A DNA stretch of 44,192 nucleotides from Deltaproteobacteria bacterium (GTDB lineage Bacteria > Desulfobacterota > Binatia > UBA12015), in the NCBI GenBank assembly GCA_046583355.1, contig JAYGCM010000079.1, forward strand, positions 1 to 44,192, written 5' to 3'. Position numbers and translations under genes: made by a program. This document shows positions 9,856 to 20,031 of the stretch, in pieces; the stretch's first letter is position 1; each line of letters opens with the position of its first letter. Under the pieces are notes generated by a model. The model was not told where the DNA came from. It made no database searches and worked only from the letters and a program-made list of their open reading frames with translations.

Positions 9856-12450
9856 TCATGACATTTCCGCCCAATTCGGACCCTTTTTCAGATCGACCAC
9901 CAAGGGTACCGCAAGCGCTACAACATTCTCCATCGCGTCGCGCACAAGCTGGCCCAATTCCTCGGCGCCCTCGGCGGCCACCTCGAAGAAAAGCTCATCA
10001 TGGACCTGCAGCAGCATCGCGGCGGCGGAGTTGCGCTGCCGCAGCTGCCGTTCGACCTCCAGCATCGCCAGCTTGATGATATCGGCCGCCGTGCCCTGGA
10101 TCGGGCTATTCCACGCCATACGCTCTGCGGCCTGGCGCAAACCGGCCCGGTTCGAGACGAGATCGGGCAGCGGCCGGCGCCGCCCCAGCATCGTCTCGAC
10201 ATAACCCGTCTCGCGGCCGGCCTCGACGATGCGCTCAACAAAGGCGCGCACGCTCCCGTAGCGCTCGAAATAACGCTCGATGATGCCGGTGGCGTCCGCG
10301 TGTGAGATTGCCAACTCGCGCGAGAGGCGCTGCGGCCCCATGCCGTAGAGAATACCGAAATTGATGACCTTGGCCTGACGGCGCATATCGCTGCTGACGA
10401 AAACCGGGTCGACATCGAAGACCTCCGCCGCCGTGCGGCGGTGAATATCTTCGCCCTTCTGGAAGGCCTCGACCAGAACCGGGTCTTCCGTGAGGTGGGC
10501 CAGCACGCGCAACTCGATCTGCGAATAATCGGCCGCGAGAAAAACCTGCCCGGGACCGGCGACAAAAGCATGGCGGATCCGCCGACCCTCCTCGGTGCGC
10601 ACGGGAATATTCTGCAGGTTCGGGTCGCTCGACGAGAGCCTCCCGGTGGCAGTGACGGTCTGGTTGAAATGGGTGTGGACCCGGCCACTTTCCGCGTCCA
10701 ATAAACCGAGCAGGCCGGCGACATAGGTCGAGTTCAGCTTCGATAGCGTACGATGCTCGACAATCTTCTGCGCAATCGGGCTCTGCTCGGCCAGCTTGGC
10801 AAGCACGTCGGCATCGACCGAGTAGCCGGTCTTGCCCTTCTTCACGCCCTTGGTCGGCAGAGCGAGTTTCTCAAAGAGAATCGCGCGTAGCTGCTTGGTC
10901 GAGGCGATATTGAATTCTTCGCCGGCAATCTCGTGAATCTCGGCCGCAAGCGTGGCTATCCGCGCCGTGAAATCGCGCCCGGCGGCCGTAAGCAATCCCG
11001 CATCGGCAGCGATCCCGCGTGCCTCCATCGCCGCCAGCGTGCGCACCAGCGGCATCTCCAGATCGCGGTAGAGTTCCATCAGCCCGGCGGCCTCGACCTC
11101 GGCAAGAAGCGTCGGTCCGAGAGTAGCGATAGCCAGCGCAACCGCAGTGGCGCGCTCCAAAATCGGGACCTCAAGCGCCGCCGGAAGGGGCGCCCCGCCC
11201 CGCTCGCGCAGCAGCGCGTCGATATCGTGACCGCGGCGCGAAGGGTCAAGAACATAGGACGCGATACGCAGATCGTGCAGCGGGCGCGTCCCGGCCGGAG
11301 TCGCCGCGACCGCGGCACCGGTAGCGTGGAGAACTTCCTTCAAGCCGTCAACATAAAGCGCGCCACCCGCATCGCCCTCGAATGCCGCGACCAAACCTGC
11401 CGGCAATTCGGCACAGACCAGGAGTTCGTCGGCCCGCGCCAGCACGGCGACAGTGCCGGCCTCGTCCGCCGCGAGCGCCAGGGCGGCTGGTTTCGGGCCA
11501 AGCAATGCCGCACAGAAATCGGCCGGGCTGACTTCCTCGTGCGGCGGAGCCTCGGCTGCGGCTACCGGCGTGGCCGACTCGAGGAAACTTCCCAACAATT
11601 TGGCGAAGCCCAGTTCCGCCACCAGCGGCTGCAATGCGGCGGCTTCTATTTCCCGGCGAGCAAATGCTTCGAGGTCAAGCTCGATCTCTACATCGCATTT
11701 GATGGTCGCCAACTCGCGGCTGCGCTCGGCGTCGGCTCGACCGGCTTCGAGCTTTTTGCGGATACCGGCGGCACCGCGCAAACCGAGGTCGGCGATCTCG
11801 TCGAGCCTTTGGTAGATCGCTTCGATCGTACCAAAATGCTCGATCAGGCGCTTGGCGGTCTTCTCCCCAATGCCCTTCACGCCCGGAATATTATCGACCG
11901 CGTCGCCCATCAGGCCTTGCACCTCGACCACCTGGCCGGGCGTCGTGCCAAATTTCTTCTCGACCTCGGGCAGCCGACTCACCCGATCGTTCATCGTATC
12001 CACGATCTGCACGCGCTCGCCGACCAGCTGCATCATATCTTTGTCGCTGGTGACGATATCGACCGACAATCCGAGGGCATCGGCTTGCCTCGCCAGCGTG
12101 CCGATCACGTCGTCGGCCTCAACGCCCGAAACCTCGACCAGGGGCAAGCCGAGCGCCGGCACCAATTTCTTGATCCAGGGGATCTGCTCCACCAACTCCG
12201 GCGGCGTCGGCTTGCGATGCGCCTTGTAATTGGGGTCGATCTTCGAGCGGAAAGTTTTGCCCTTCGCATCGACCACGACCACGATCGTGGCGTCCGCATT
12301 CTCGCGGATCAGCTTGACCAGCATGGAGGCGAAGCCGTAGATCGCGCCTGTCGGCAATCCGTTTCGCGTCGTCAATGGCGGCAGCGCGTGGAACGCGCGA
12401 AAGAACATATTGGTGCCATCGACGAGGCAGATCCGCTTCCCCGCCCCCAT
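9856..12450 (-). CDS. polA: DNA polymerase I
   Basis: 5'-3' exonuclease domain (LVDG...RAFHA, EADDVIG) and polymerase motifs TGRLSSSDPNLQNIP, DYSQIELR and QVHDEL. Start set at ATG 12450. Confidence 0.97.
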   Translation of the reverse strand: MGAGKRICLVDGTNMFFRAFHALPPLTTRNGLPTGAIYGFASMLVKLIRENADATIVVVVDAKGKTFRSKIDPNYKAHRKPTPPELVEQIPWIKKLVPALGLPLVEVSGVEADDVIGTLARQADALGLSVDIVTSDKDMMQLVGERVQIVDTMNDRVSRLPEVEKKFGTTPGQVVEVQGLMGDAVDNIPGVKGIGEKTAKRLIEHFGTIEAIYQRLDEIADLGLRGAAGIRKKLEAGRADAERSRELATIKCDVEIELDLEAFARREIEAAALQPLVAELGFAKLLGSFLESATPVAAAEAPPHEEVSPADFCAALLGPKPAALALAADEAGTVAVLARADELLVCAELPAGLVAAFEGDAGGALYVDGLKEVLHATGAAVAATPAGTRPLHDLRIASYVLDPSRRGHDIDALLRERGGAPLPAALEVPILERATAVALAIATLGPTLLAEVEAAGLMELYRDLEMPLVRTLAAMEARGIAADAGLLTAAGRDFTARIATLAAEIHEIAGEEFNIASTKQLRAILFEKLALPTKGVKKGKTGYSVDADVLAKLAEQSPIAQKIVEHRTLSKLNSTYVAGLLGLLDAESGRVHTHFNQTVTATGRLSSSDPNLQNIPVRTEEGRRIRHAFVAGPGQVFLAADYSQIELRVLAHLTEDPVLVEAFQKGEDIHRRTAAEVFDVDPVFVSSDMRRQAKVINFGILYGMGPQRLSRELAISHADATGIIERYFERYGSVRAFVERIVEAGRETGYVETMLGRRRPLPDLVSNRAGLRQAAERMAWNSPIQGTAADIIKLAMLEVERQLRQRNSAAAMLLQVHDELFFEVAAEGAEELGQLVRDAMENVVALAVPLVVDLKKGPNWAEMS

Positions 12451-12598
12451 CGCGCTTCTGTCTACCCACGCATCCGCGCATTGTCGAGGAAAGGAGCCCC
12501 CTGGAGGCCCGCCCGAGGAGCAGGCCGGCAAAGTCGGATATCCCGTTTTCTTGACCCGTCCACGCTCCCGGCATAGAAGACACCGGCAGCGGACACGC

Positions 12599-13360
12599 AT
12601 GATCGAAGTTCAGGACCTCAGCAAAGATTATCGGGAACGACCCGCCGTCCGCGGCATCACGTTCTCCGTCGCCCCAGGCGAGATTCTCGGCTTTCTCGGC
12701 CCCAATGGCGCGGGCAAAACCACCACGATGCGCATGCTGACGGGATTCCTGCCGCCCTCTGGCGGGCGGGCCACGATTGCCGGATTCGATGTCGCGAGCC
12801 AGGCCGCCGAGGTAAGGCGCCGCATCGGCTACCTGCCCGAAACGCCGCCGCTCTACCCCGAGATGACGGTCGCGGACTACCTGGCCTTCGTTGCCCGCCT
12901 CAAGGGCCTCGGGCGCAGCGCTATCGCGCCGGCCTGTGCGCGCGCCATCGAGCGCACGGCACTCGGTGAGGTGCAGGGACGGCTGATCGGGCATCTCTCC
13001 AAGGGTTTTCGCCAGCGCGTCGGGCTCGCACAGGCCATCGTACATGAGCCCGAGGTCCTGATCCTCGACGAACCCACCGTCGGGCTCGACCCCCGGCAAA
13101 TCATCGAGATCCGCGAGCTGATCCGCAGCCTCGGCGGCAACCATACGGTGATCCTCTCGACTCATATCCTCCCGGAAGTCGCCAGCACGTGTGAGAAAAT
13201 CGTCATCATCAACGAGGGCGAGATCGTCTATGAGGCGAAGATGGCCGATTTGCAAAGCGATAGCTCGCTCGAAGAGGTCTTCCTGGCGGCCATCGCGGGT
13301 GACCCCAAGGCCAACGACAACGCCGCCACGACAGGCCGCGATATGGGAGATGCGCTTTGA
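12599..13360 (+). CDS. ABC transporter ATP-binding protein (GldA-like)
   Basis: GPNGAGKTT, LSKGFRQR, LILDEPT and STH. Confidence 0.92.
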   Translation: MIEVQDLSKDYRERPAVRGITFSVAPGEILGFLGPNGAGKTTTMRMLTGFLPPSGGRATIAGFDVASQAAEVRRRIGYLPETPPLYPEMTVADYLAFVARLKGLGRSAIAPACARAIERTALGEVQGRLIGHLSKGFRQRVGLAQAIVHEPEVLILDEPTVGLDPRQIIEIRELIRSLGGNHTVILSTHILPEVASTCEKIVIINEGEIVYEAKMADLQSDSSLEEVFLAAIAGDPKANDNAATTGRDMGDAL

Positions 13361-14130
13361 GAAATATTCTCACCATCGCCGGGCGGGAATGGCGCGCGCT
13401 CTTTACCTCGCCGGTCGCCTTTGTCGTACTCGGCGGCTTTCTTTTTCTCGGCGGCTGGTTCTTCTACAACCTGCTCGCGCGCTTCACCATGCTGGTCTCG
13501 GTTTATTCCAGCACCCAGGTGGGCGGCGGCGAGGCCGGGCTCAACCTGAACGAAATCGTAATTGCGCCGCTGCTCCACAACCTCGCCATCATCCTCGTCA
13601 TTCTCGTACCGATGATCACCATGCGCTCGTTTGCCGAAGAGCGACGCAGCGGCACGATGGAATTGCTCCTCACATCCCCCATCGGCACCGGCCAGTTGGT
13701 GCTCGGCAAATTCCTCGGCATCGGCTGTTTCGTCTCCCTCATGGTCGGGACCACACTCTCCTACGGCTTGATTCTTTCGTATTACGGCAATCCGGAAGTC
13801 CCGGTCATGCTCGCTGGCTATGCCGGCCTTCTGCTGCTGGCGCTCACGCTGGTTGCCATCGGTCTCTTCACCAGCAGCCTGACCGAGAACCAGATCATCG
13901 CAGCCGTCTCGGGCCTGGTTGTCATGCTCCTACTCTTCATCATCGCCTGGCCGGCCAGTTCGGCCGGCGATGTACTGGGCCCGATACTCGAATACCTCTC
14001 GGTCACCGAGCATTTTGATACAATGGTGCGCGGCGTTCTCCGCTCCAGCGACCTGATCTATTTCTCCTCGATGATTGCCGGCTGGATGTTCCTCACCCAG
14101 CGCTCCATCGAATCGCTGCGGTGGCGCTGA
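13357..14130 (+). CDS. ABC-2 type permease (GldF-like)
   Basis: Multiple TM helices with TMRSFAEERRSGTMELLLTSP and GKF. Confidence 0.88.
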   Translation: MRNILTIAGREWRALFTSPVAFVVLGGFLFLGGWFFYNLLARFTMLVSVYSSTQVGGGEAGLNLNEIVIAPLLHNLAIILVILVPMITMRSFAEERRSGTMELLLTSPIGTGQLVLGKFLGIGCFVSLMVGTTLSYGLILSYYGNPEVPVMLAGYAGLLLLALTLVAIGLFTSSLTENQIIAAVSGLVVMLLLFIIAWPASSAGDVLGPILEYLSVTEHFDTMVRGVLRSSDLIYFSSMIAGWMFLTQRSIESLRWR

Positions 14131-14140
14131 GGAGAAACGC

Positions 14141-15682
14141 TTGCGCGCCCATGCAAATCTCCTCGGCCTGATCGGCGCCCTGCTGGTATTCTTCGGCGGC
14201 GTCTCGTGGCTCGGCTACGGCGTGCTCAAAGCCTATAGCGCGAGCCATCTCGTGCTCGGCAATATCCTGCTGGTCGCCTGGTTGGCGCTGAGTTTCGGTG
14301 ACCTCGGCAAGCGGCTGGCCGCGCGCCGCACGCACCAAGGCGCCAACCTCGTCGTCTCCTCATTGCTGGTGCTGGCGTTTATGGTTTTACTCAACGTCTT
14401 CGGCGTGCGCTACGAAAAACAAATCGACCTGACCGAGCAAGGCCTCTTCAGCCTCTCGCCACAGGCCGCGCGCGTACTGGCCGAACTCGATGCGCCGCTG
14501 CAATTCACGGCATTCCTCGAAGGCGGCGCGCACCCCGGCACCGAAGCCCTGCTCGAGAGCTTCGCGCAGGGCTCGCCTCTGGTTTCGGTCTCCACGCTCG
14601 ACCCCGATCTCCAACCCGAACGTACCGAGGCGGCCGACGTCCGCTCCTATGGCACGGTGCGGGTCAGCTTCGGCAGCCGCGCGACCAATGTCGCCGCCCC
14701 GTCCGAGGAATCCCTCACCAATGCGCTGATCAAGGTCACGCGCGCCACCGAGAAAACGCTCTGCTTCGTCACGGGAGAAGGTGAGCCTTCCCTGGACGAT
14801 GCCAGCTCGCCCAAGGGCTACGCCGAGGCCCGCCTGGCGCTGGCAAACGAGCATTATCGCACCCGCAGCCTGCCGCTCCTGCAAGAGGCCGATGTGCCGA
14901 GCGATTGCCAGGTCCTCGTCCTCGCCGCACCGCAGCGCCCGCTCGGCGCGCATATTGTTGCGGCCATCGGTGCCTTCCTCGATAGCGGCGGCCACGCGAT
15001 GTTCCTTCTGCCCCCCCGCCACGGCGACGAACTCGCGATGCTGCTCGCCGATTGGGGCGTATTCCTCGGCGACGATGTCGTGGTCGATCAGGTAATTCGC
15101 CTCTTCGAGGGACCCACGCTCGGCCTTACCCCGATCGTCGAAACCTATGGTGCCCATCCGATCACTTTGGAGATGCGCGAGCGCACGGTATTCCCGCTGA
15201 CCCGAAGCGTGCGCAGCGCGAGTCCGGTCGAGGGACTCATAGCCACGACGCTGGCCTCCACCAGCCAGGCAAGCTGGGCCGAGAGCGACCTGGTCTCGGT
15301 CTTCGAGAAGAGCGAGGCCGCGCTTGACGAAGCAGGCGGCGACCGCGCCGGTCCCATCAGCGTCGCGCTGGCCGTGCATGCCGACCTGGACAGCCTGGGA
15401 CGCGGCCACGGCGACGCCCGCCTGGTGGTTTTCGGCACGGCGGCGTTGGCGGACAATCAGCACCTCGGACAGGTCTTCAACCGCGACCTCTTCCTCAACG
15501 CCATCGCCTGGCTGGCCGGCGAAGACGACCTCGTGGCGATCCGCCCCAAAAGCCTGCGCGCTTCGCGTATCCGCTTCACCGAGAAGGAAGAAAACACGAT
15601 CTTCTACCTCTCGGTGCTGGTCCTGCCCGAATTCATCATGATCCTTGGCATCGCCGTCTGGTGGCGTCGCTCGCGGCTCTGA
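14141..15682 (+). CDS. GldG-family ABC auxiliary component
   Basis: IDLTEQGLFSLS, FVTGEGE and NRDLFLNAIAWL, with N- and C-terminal TM helices. TTG start after GAGGAG. Confidence 0.82.
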   Translation: MRAHANLLGLIGALLVFFGGVSWLGYGVLKAYSASHLVLGNILLVAWLALSFGDLGKRLAARRTHQGANLVVSSLLVLAFMVLLNVFGVRYEKQIDLTEQGLFSLSPQAARVLAELDAPLQFTAFLEGGAHPGTEALLESFAQGSPLVSVSTLDPDLQPERTEAADVRSYGTVRVSFGSRATNVAAPSEESLTNALIKVTRATEKTLCFVTGEGEPSLDDASSPKGYAEARLALANEHYRTRSLPLLQEADVPSDCQVLVLAAPQRPLGAHIVAAIGAFLDSGGHAMFLLPPRHGDELAMLLADWGVFLGDDVVVDQVIRLFEGPTLGLTPIVETYGAHPITLEMRERTVFPLTRSVRSASPVEGLIATTLASTSQASWAESDLVSVFEKSEAALDEAGGDRAGPISVALAVHADLDSLGRGHGDARLVVFGTAALADNQHLGQVFNRDLFLNAIAWLAGEDDLVAIRPKSLRASRIRFTEKEENTIFYLSVLVLPEFIMILGIAVWWRRSRL

Positions 15683-17004
15683 TGCGACTCCTCACAACTC
15701 TTCTACTCGCCATCGCCACGGCGGCCCTGGGCGCTTGGCTCTATCTCGACGTCGCCCAACCACCGACGCTTCCTCCCACCATGCTGCTTCCGCTCGAGCC
15801 CGGCCGCGTGGTTGAGTTGCGCATCGAACGTGGCGAGGAGCGTGTCGTGCTGGTGCGCGACGGCGCCCTCTGGAAAATCCGCGAGCCACGGTTGGCGCGC
15901 GCCGATCAGGAACGTATCACGGCCCTCTTGGAGAAGAGCCTGCGCAGCCCGATTCTACGCGAGCTTCCCTCGAACGGCGACGAGCGCAACCCCTATGGCC
16001 TGACACCGCCGCGGGCACGCCTGCATTTCCGCACCGACGACGGCATAACCCACCGGCTGGACCTCGGCCGCGAGACTCCGCTGGGGGCCAGCGCCTACGC
16101 CCACACCGCGCGCACTGGGACCGTATTGGTTTCGCGCGACCTGCCCTTTGCCGCCAACCGCGGTTTCGACGATCTACGCGACCGCAAAGCTCTGCCGCCG
16201 CATGACACGCCGCGCGAGATCCGCCTGCGACGGCCCGGCCTGCCCGATACCGTGCTGATCCGGCCCGCGGCGACCTGGCAGATCGTGGAGCCCTTCGTCG
16301 CCGACGCCGACCTTGAGGTCGTGGCCGAGCTATTGCGCAGGCTTGAGCGGTTGAGCGCAGAAGATTTCCTTGACGACGCCACCGATGCCGACCTCGACGC
16401 CTACTCGCTGCTGCCGCCGCCGCTGGTGATCGAACTCGGCTACCAGCAGGAGGAACAAGACGGGCTGCGCATCGCAATCGGCGGCCCCAACCTGCGTGCC
16501 GCCACAGCGCAGGTCTGGCTGCGGATCGACGACCAGCCGACGCTGCTCTCGGTGCGGAAAAGCGACGTGATTCCGCTGGACCTATCGCCCGACGCCCTGC
16601 GCGACAAGCGCCTCCTCAAGGCAGATGCCGGCGAGATCGATGCGCTGACGATCGAGCGTGCCGGCGCAGAGCCTCTGCTCTTCCTGCGCAGCGACGACGG
16701 CGGCTGGAAGATCGCAGGCGAACGGGCCAACACTGGGACGATCCGTCGCTACCTGGACGACGCATTGGAATTGCGCGGCGAACAGACGCTGAGTACGGCC
16801 GGCGGTGCCGAGCATTTCGGGTTGGACACCCCCACCCTGCGCATCGTTCTCCAGACAGCCGGGGGCGGGTCGCCGCCAGCATTGCGCTTGCACGAGACCG
16901 AAGACAGCCGTTTCGTGGCTGCCGCCGAAGGCAGCGGCATCATCTATTCCATCGGCCCGCATGCCTTCGCCCGCCTCGACAAAACCCGCCCGGACTTCGA
17001 CTAA
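15682..17004 (+). CDS. DUF4340-like periplasmic repeat protein
   Basis: N-terminal anchor and about three repeats (W.I..P...AD; YGL..P; LRD.R). Typical position after GldG. Confidence 0.72.
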   Translation: MRLLTTLLLAIATAALGAWLYLDVAQPPTLPPTMLLPLEPGRVVELRIERGEERVVLVRDGALWKIREPRLARADQERITALLEKSLRSPILRELPSNGDERNPYGLTPPRARLHFRTDDGITHRLDLGRETPLGASAYAHTARTGTVLVSRDLPFAANRGFDDLRDRKALPPHDTPREIRLRRPGLPDTVLIRPAATWQIVEPFVADADLEVVAELLRRLERLSAEDFLDDATDADLDAYSLLPPPLVIELGYQQEEQDGLRIAIGGPNLRAATAQVWLRIDDQPTLLSVRKSDVIPLDLSPDALRDKRLLKADAGEIDALTIERAGAEPLLFLRSDDGGWKIAGERANTGTIRRYLDDALELRGEQTLSTAGGAEHFGLDTPTLRIVLQTAGGGSPPALRLHETEDSRFVAAAEGSGIIYSIGPHAFARLDKTRPDFD

Positions 17005-17062
17005 GACCGGCCGCGAGGTCCGGCACGCCTGGGGGCAAATCCCGGCCGCGGGACGAAGCCAC

Positions 17063-18118
17063 TCAGTCGAGGGCGGATAGAAACTCGTCGACCTCGGCGT
17101 CGGTGCCGATGGTGATTCGGATGGCATCGGGCAACGAGGCAAAGAACCGTACCAGCACGCCCTTGTCGCGCAGGCCAAGCATCAATGCTTCGAGCGACTC
17201 GCCCGGGCGGCGGGCCAGAATGAAATTGGTAGCCGACTCGGGCACCTCGAAGCCACGCTCACGCATCGCCGTGGTAAGCCGGGCGCGCGTCGCGACGATA
17301 CGCGCCCGATTGGCGAGAAAACTCGGCTGGTCGCGCAAGGCCGCGATGGCGCCTGCCTGCGCGGTGGCGCTCATATTGTAGGAGTCGCGCACCTTATGCA
17401 GTTGGCGCGCCAATTCCGGTGTCGTCAGAGCAAGGCCGACCCGCAGCCCGGCGAGTGAATATGCTTTGGACAAGGTCCGCAGAACCAGGAGGTTCGGGTA
17501 GCGCCCGACCAACGACAACGCGCTTGCCTCGGCGAAATCACCGTAGGCCTCATCCACAACGACGAGCGCGTCGGGCCGCGCGACCAGCAATTCTTCGATC
17601 CGTGCCCGGGCAATGGCCGTACCCGAGGGCGCGTTCGGGCTACAAATCAGAAAAAGTCTCGCGTCAGCGCCATCGAGAGCACGCGGCAATTCCCAGGTAT
17701 CCGGGTAAGCGACGCGCAACGCGACCGCCCCCTGAATCTCGACCAGCGTATCGTAGAGCGAATAGGTCGGCGTCGGATAAGCTACCACCTGGCCGGGTTC
17801 GATGACCGCGCGCATCAGCAAAGTAAGCAATTCGTCCGAGCCGTTGCCGGCAACGATTCCGGCCGCATCCACCCCCCAGAGTTCGCCTGCCACCTCGCGC
17901 AGCGGCTCTGCTGTGGGGTCGGGATAGAATTGCAGGGAGCCCGCTGCGGCGGCGATCGCCTCGCGCACCGAGGCCGACGGAGCGTAGGGGTTTTCATTGG
18001 TATTGAGCTTCACCACCCCGCGGCCACCGGGCTGCTCACCCGGAATATAGCCCTGCATCGCCGCAACCGACGGCCGCACCAACATTGCTGCCTTGTTCTC
18101 CATTCCTGCTCCACTCAT
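17063..18118 (-). CDS. hisC: Histidinol-phosphate aminotransferase
   Basis: KLNTNENPY, GNGSDE, VDEAY and RTLSKAYSLAGLRVG. The start may be ATG 18103. Confidence 0.93.
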   Translation of the reverse strand: MSGAGMENKAAMLVRPSVAAMQGYIPGEQPGGRGVVKLNTNENPYAPSASVREAIAAAAGSLQFYPDPTAEPLREVAGELWGVDAAGIVAGNGSDELLTLLMRAVIEPGQVVAYPTPTYSLYDTLVEIQGAVALRVAYPDTWELPRALDGADARLFLICSPNAPSGTAIARARIEELLVARPDALVVVDEAYGDFAEASALSLVGRYPNLLVLRTLSKAYSLAGLRVGLALTTPELARQLHKVRDSYNMSATAQAGAIAALRDQPSFLANRARIVATRARLTTAMRERGFEVPESATNFILARRPGESLEALMLGLRDKGVLVRFFASLPDAIRITIGTDAEVDEFLSALD

Positions 18119-18232
18119 TTCGCTCGCACCGGTACTTTCGCCAATTCCTACTAAAGAAGCTTCTGCTGGATTCCGAACCTAGAGATGAACGCCCCGGAGA
18201 ACCGGAAAAGATGGGCAGATCGGTAGGTCGGA

Positions 18233-18487
18233 ATGAAACTCAGCCTGACGTATAGCGCATACCGCGAAATGGAGCAGATTCCCGGACCGCCCCTGCGCGA
18301 GATCGGCGAAGCGATTTTGAGCCTGGCCGACGACCCGCTGCCGACCAACTCGGCCATCTGCGAAGGTCACGGGGGTTGCCTCTTGCTGCCCATCGAAGGC
18401 TACTCCATCCTCTACTATATAGACGAGCGCGACGACGCCCTGACCGTCCTGGGCGTGACCTTCGGCCACGCCCAGACGCTGCATTGA
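18233..18487 (+). CDS. RelE/ParE-fold small protein, orphan and degenerate
   Basis: The pattern SA.RE...I.......I..AI.SLADDP.P......G......I.GY.ILY.ID......VLGV follows RelE/ParE toxins. Confidence 0.6.
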   Translation: MKLSLTYSAYREMEQIPGPPLREIGEAILSLADDPLPTNSAICEGHGGCLLLPIEGYSILYYIDERDDALTVLGVTFGHAQTLH

Positions 18488-18490
18488 GGC

Positions 18491-18554
18491 GGCTAGAGCC
18501 GCGGCCGAAAAGCAGGTCTGCATCCGGGCGCCGCTTGCGGCCGGACCTCTAGCC
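18491..18554. repeat. REP/MITE-like palindromic element, copy 1
   Basis: Imperfect terminal inverted repeats GGCTAGAG(CCG/GTC)CGGCCG. Core 18502-18527 CGGCCGAAAAGCAGGTCTGCATCCGG. Confidence 0.7.
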
Positions 18555-19316
18555 TGCCTGGGAGAAGGCGACCGCGGCCAGACCATCGGGCAACTGAAGC
18601 CCGAAGCGCTCGGGATCGTCGGCGACCAACGCGCTGCCGATGACCTTGGGCACGTAGCGCCGCGTGATCGGCGGCAGCAGCTTCGCCTCGGAGAGTTTCC
18701 AGAAAGTAGCTCCGGGCAGCTTTGCCAGCGCGCGGGCCACGCGGGAAGGCCCGGCATTATACGCCGCCAGGGCAAGTTCCCAGGTTCCGAAACGCTCGTG
18801 CAGGTCGCGCAGATAGAGGATCGCCGCACGGGTGGATTTCTCCGGGTCGCGGCGCTCATCGATGCCATCGCCAACCTTGAGACCGTAGGCGCGGGCCGTA
18901 GAGGCGCCGAATTGCCAGAGGCCGACGGCGCGGCGACTGCGCGCATCCGGGTGAAACACACTCTCGACCATCGGAACGAAGGCCAACTCACGCGGCAGAC
19001 CGTGCTCCGATAGCACCGCCTCGATCATGCCGAAGAAGCTCTCTGCACGTTCCAAGCCGACCCGCATAGTATACCGGTCACGGGCAAGCGTCCGCGCCTG
19101 GGCGATCACCCGCGGGTGGGCACGCAAAAGGTGCAGCGGAGCCACGGCGACTACTTTTTCGGGCACCACGGCAGCGGGCACGTGCACCTGGGGGGCAACG
19201 AGTGCCGCAGGCGCAGCCGGGGCATCTTTGTGGTCCACGGCCGAGCGCTCATCACCGGAAGAACAGGCAGCGAGAAGCGCGAGCACGAGGACAGGAACGG
19301 TCCACTTGGCTTGCAT
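18549..19316 (-). CDS. Lytic transglycosylase (MltD-like SLT domain), lipoprotein
   Basis: Lipobox LAAC, VES, AVGLWQF, DERRDP and ALAAYNAG. Confidence 0.88.
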   Translation of the reverse strand: MQAKWTVPVLVLALLAACSSGDERSAVDHKDAPAAPAALVAPQVHVPAAVVPEKVVAVAPLHLLRAHPRVIAQARTLARDRYTMRVGLERAESFFGMIEAVLSEHGLPRELAFVPMVESVFHPDARSRRAVGLWQFGASTARAYGLKVGDGIDERRDPEKSTRAAILYLRDLHERFGTWELALAAYNAGPSRVARALAKLPGATFWKLSEAKLLPPITRRYVPKVIGSALVADDPERFGLQLPDGLAAVAFSQAG

Positions 19317-19593
19317 CAGAATGTAGGGAAAGCCCCGCCCGGCCAAAACCGACCGCGCGGGATGCCATCTTTTACGCCAGATACGAAGCTGCTGCAACAG
19401 CAAGCGCTCTATCGCTCCTACCCCGATTCCGGCGAAAGGACGTCGTGACCTTGCAACCACTTGCACTTTCCCACCGAAGACTTAGCCTGCGCTGCAGACG
19501 GTGATTCGTCGCCCCAGCGCAAGGACGACCCCGCGCCGGGTGCCGTGGCGCGGTCTGCTGCGCGTTCGTGGGTCGTCTAGAAGGAGTTCGAGG

Positions 19594-20031
19594 ATGCAAG
19601 GATTCGGGAAAACAGGTCTGGTTTTGGCGCTTGCTCTGGCGGGTTGCGCGGGTGACGGCCCTGACGGGGCTGCGCCGGGCGGGGAATATGCCGCCATTCA
19701 GGCCCAGGTCTTCAACACGAGTTGTGTCACGGGGGCGTGCCATTCTTCCGGCACACGCGCCGGAGATCTGTCGCTGGAAGAAGGCGAATCCTACGCCGAG
19801 TTGGTCGGCGTCCTGGCATCCAACCCGGCTGCGGCCGCGCGCGGCCTGCTGCGGGTGACTCCGAGCGAGGTAGGATCCAGCTTTCTCATCGCCAAGCTCA
19901 ACGGCATGCTGGACGCCGGCGAAGGCAGCCTCATGCCACTCGGCGCTCCCCCGCTCTCGCCCGATGAGCTTGCGATGATCGAGATCTGGATCGAGAACGG
20001 GGCTGGACCTGATGCGGCCAGCGAGGGCTGA
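19594..20031 (+). CDS. Lipoprotein with a putative monoheme cytochrome c-like domain
   Basis: Lipobox LAGC, CVTGACH, distal LMP and C-terminal WIENGA. Confidence 0.6.
   Translation: MQGFGKTGLVLALALAGCAGDGPDGAAPGGEYAAIQAQVFNTSCVTGACHSSGTRAGDLSLEEGESYAELVGVLASNPAAAARGLLRVTPSEVGSSFLIAKLNGMLDAGEGSLMPLGAPPLSPDELAMIEIWIENGAGPDAASEG

Noticed and set aside
11100..11600. Degenerate 3'-5' exonuclease domain of PolA
   Set aside because: Loss of proofreading residues is common in bacterial PolA.
10933..12576. Long antisense ORFs (547 aa opposite polA, and similar at 20751-22355, 26467-27963, 29067-30668, 35212-36597)
   Set aside because: Shadow ORFs expected opposite real genes in high-GC DNA, with no recognisable motifs.
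12599..17004. Gld-like ABC cluster as evidence of gliding motility
   Set aside because: The ATPase-permease-GldG-DUF4340 cassette is widespread, and no other motility genes are in the window.
18491..18554. Palindromic repeats read as a CRISPR array or integron attC sites
   Set aside because: Copies are kilobases apart among housekeeping genes, with no spacer periodicity, cas genes, integrase or attC core sites.
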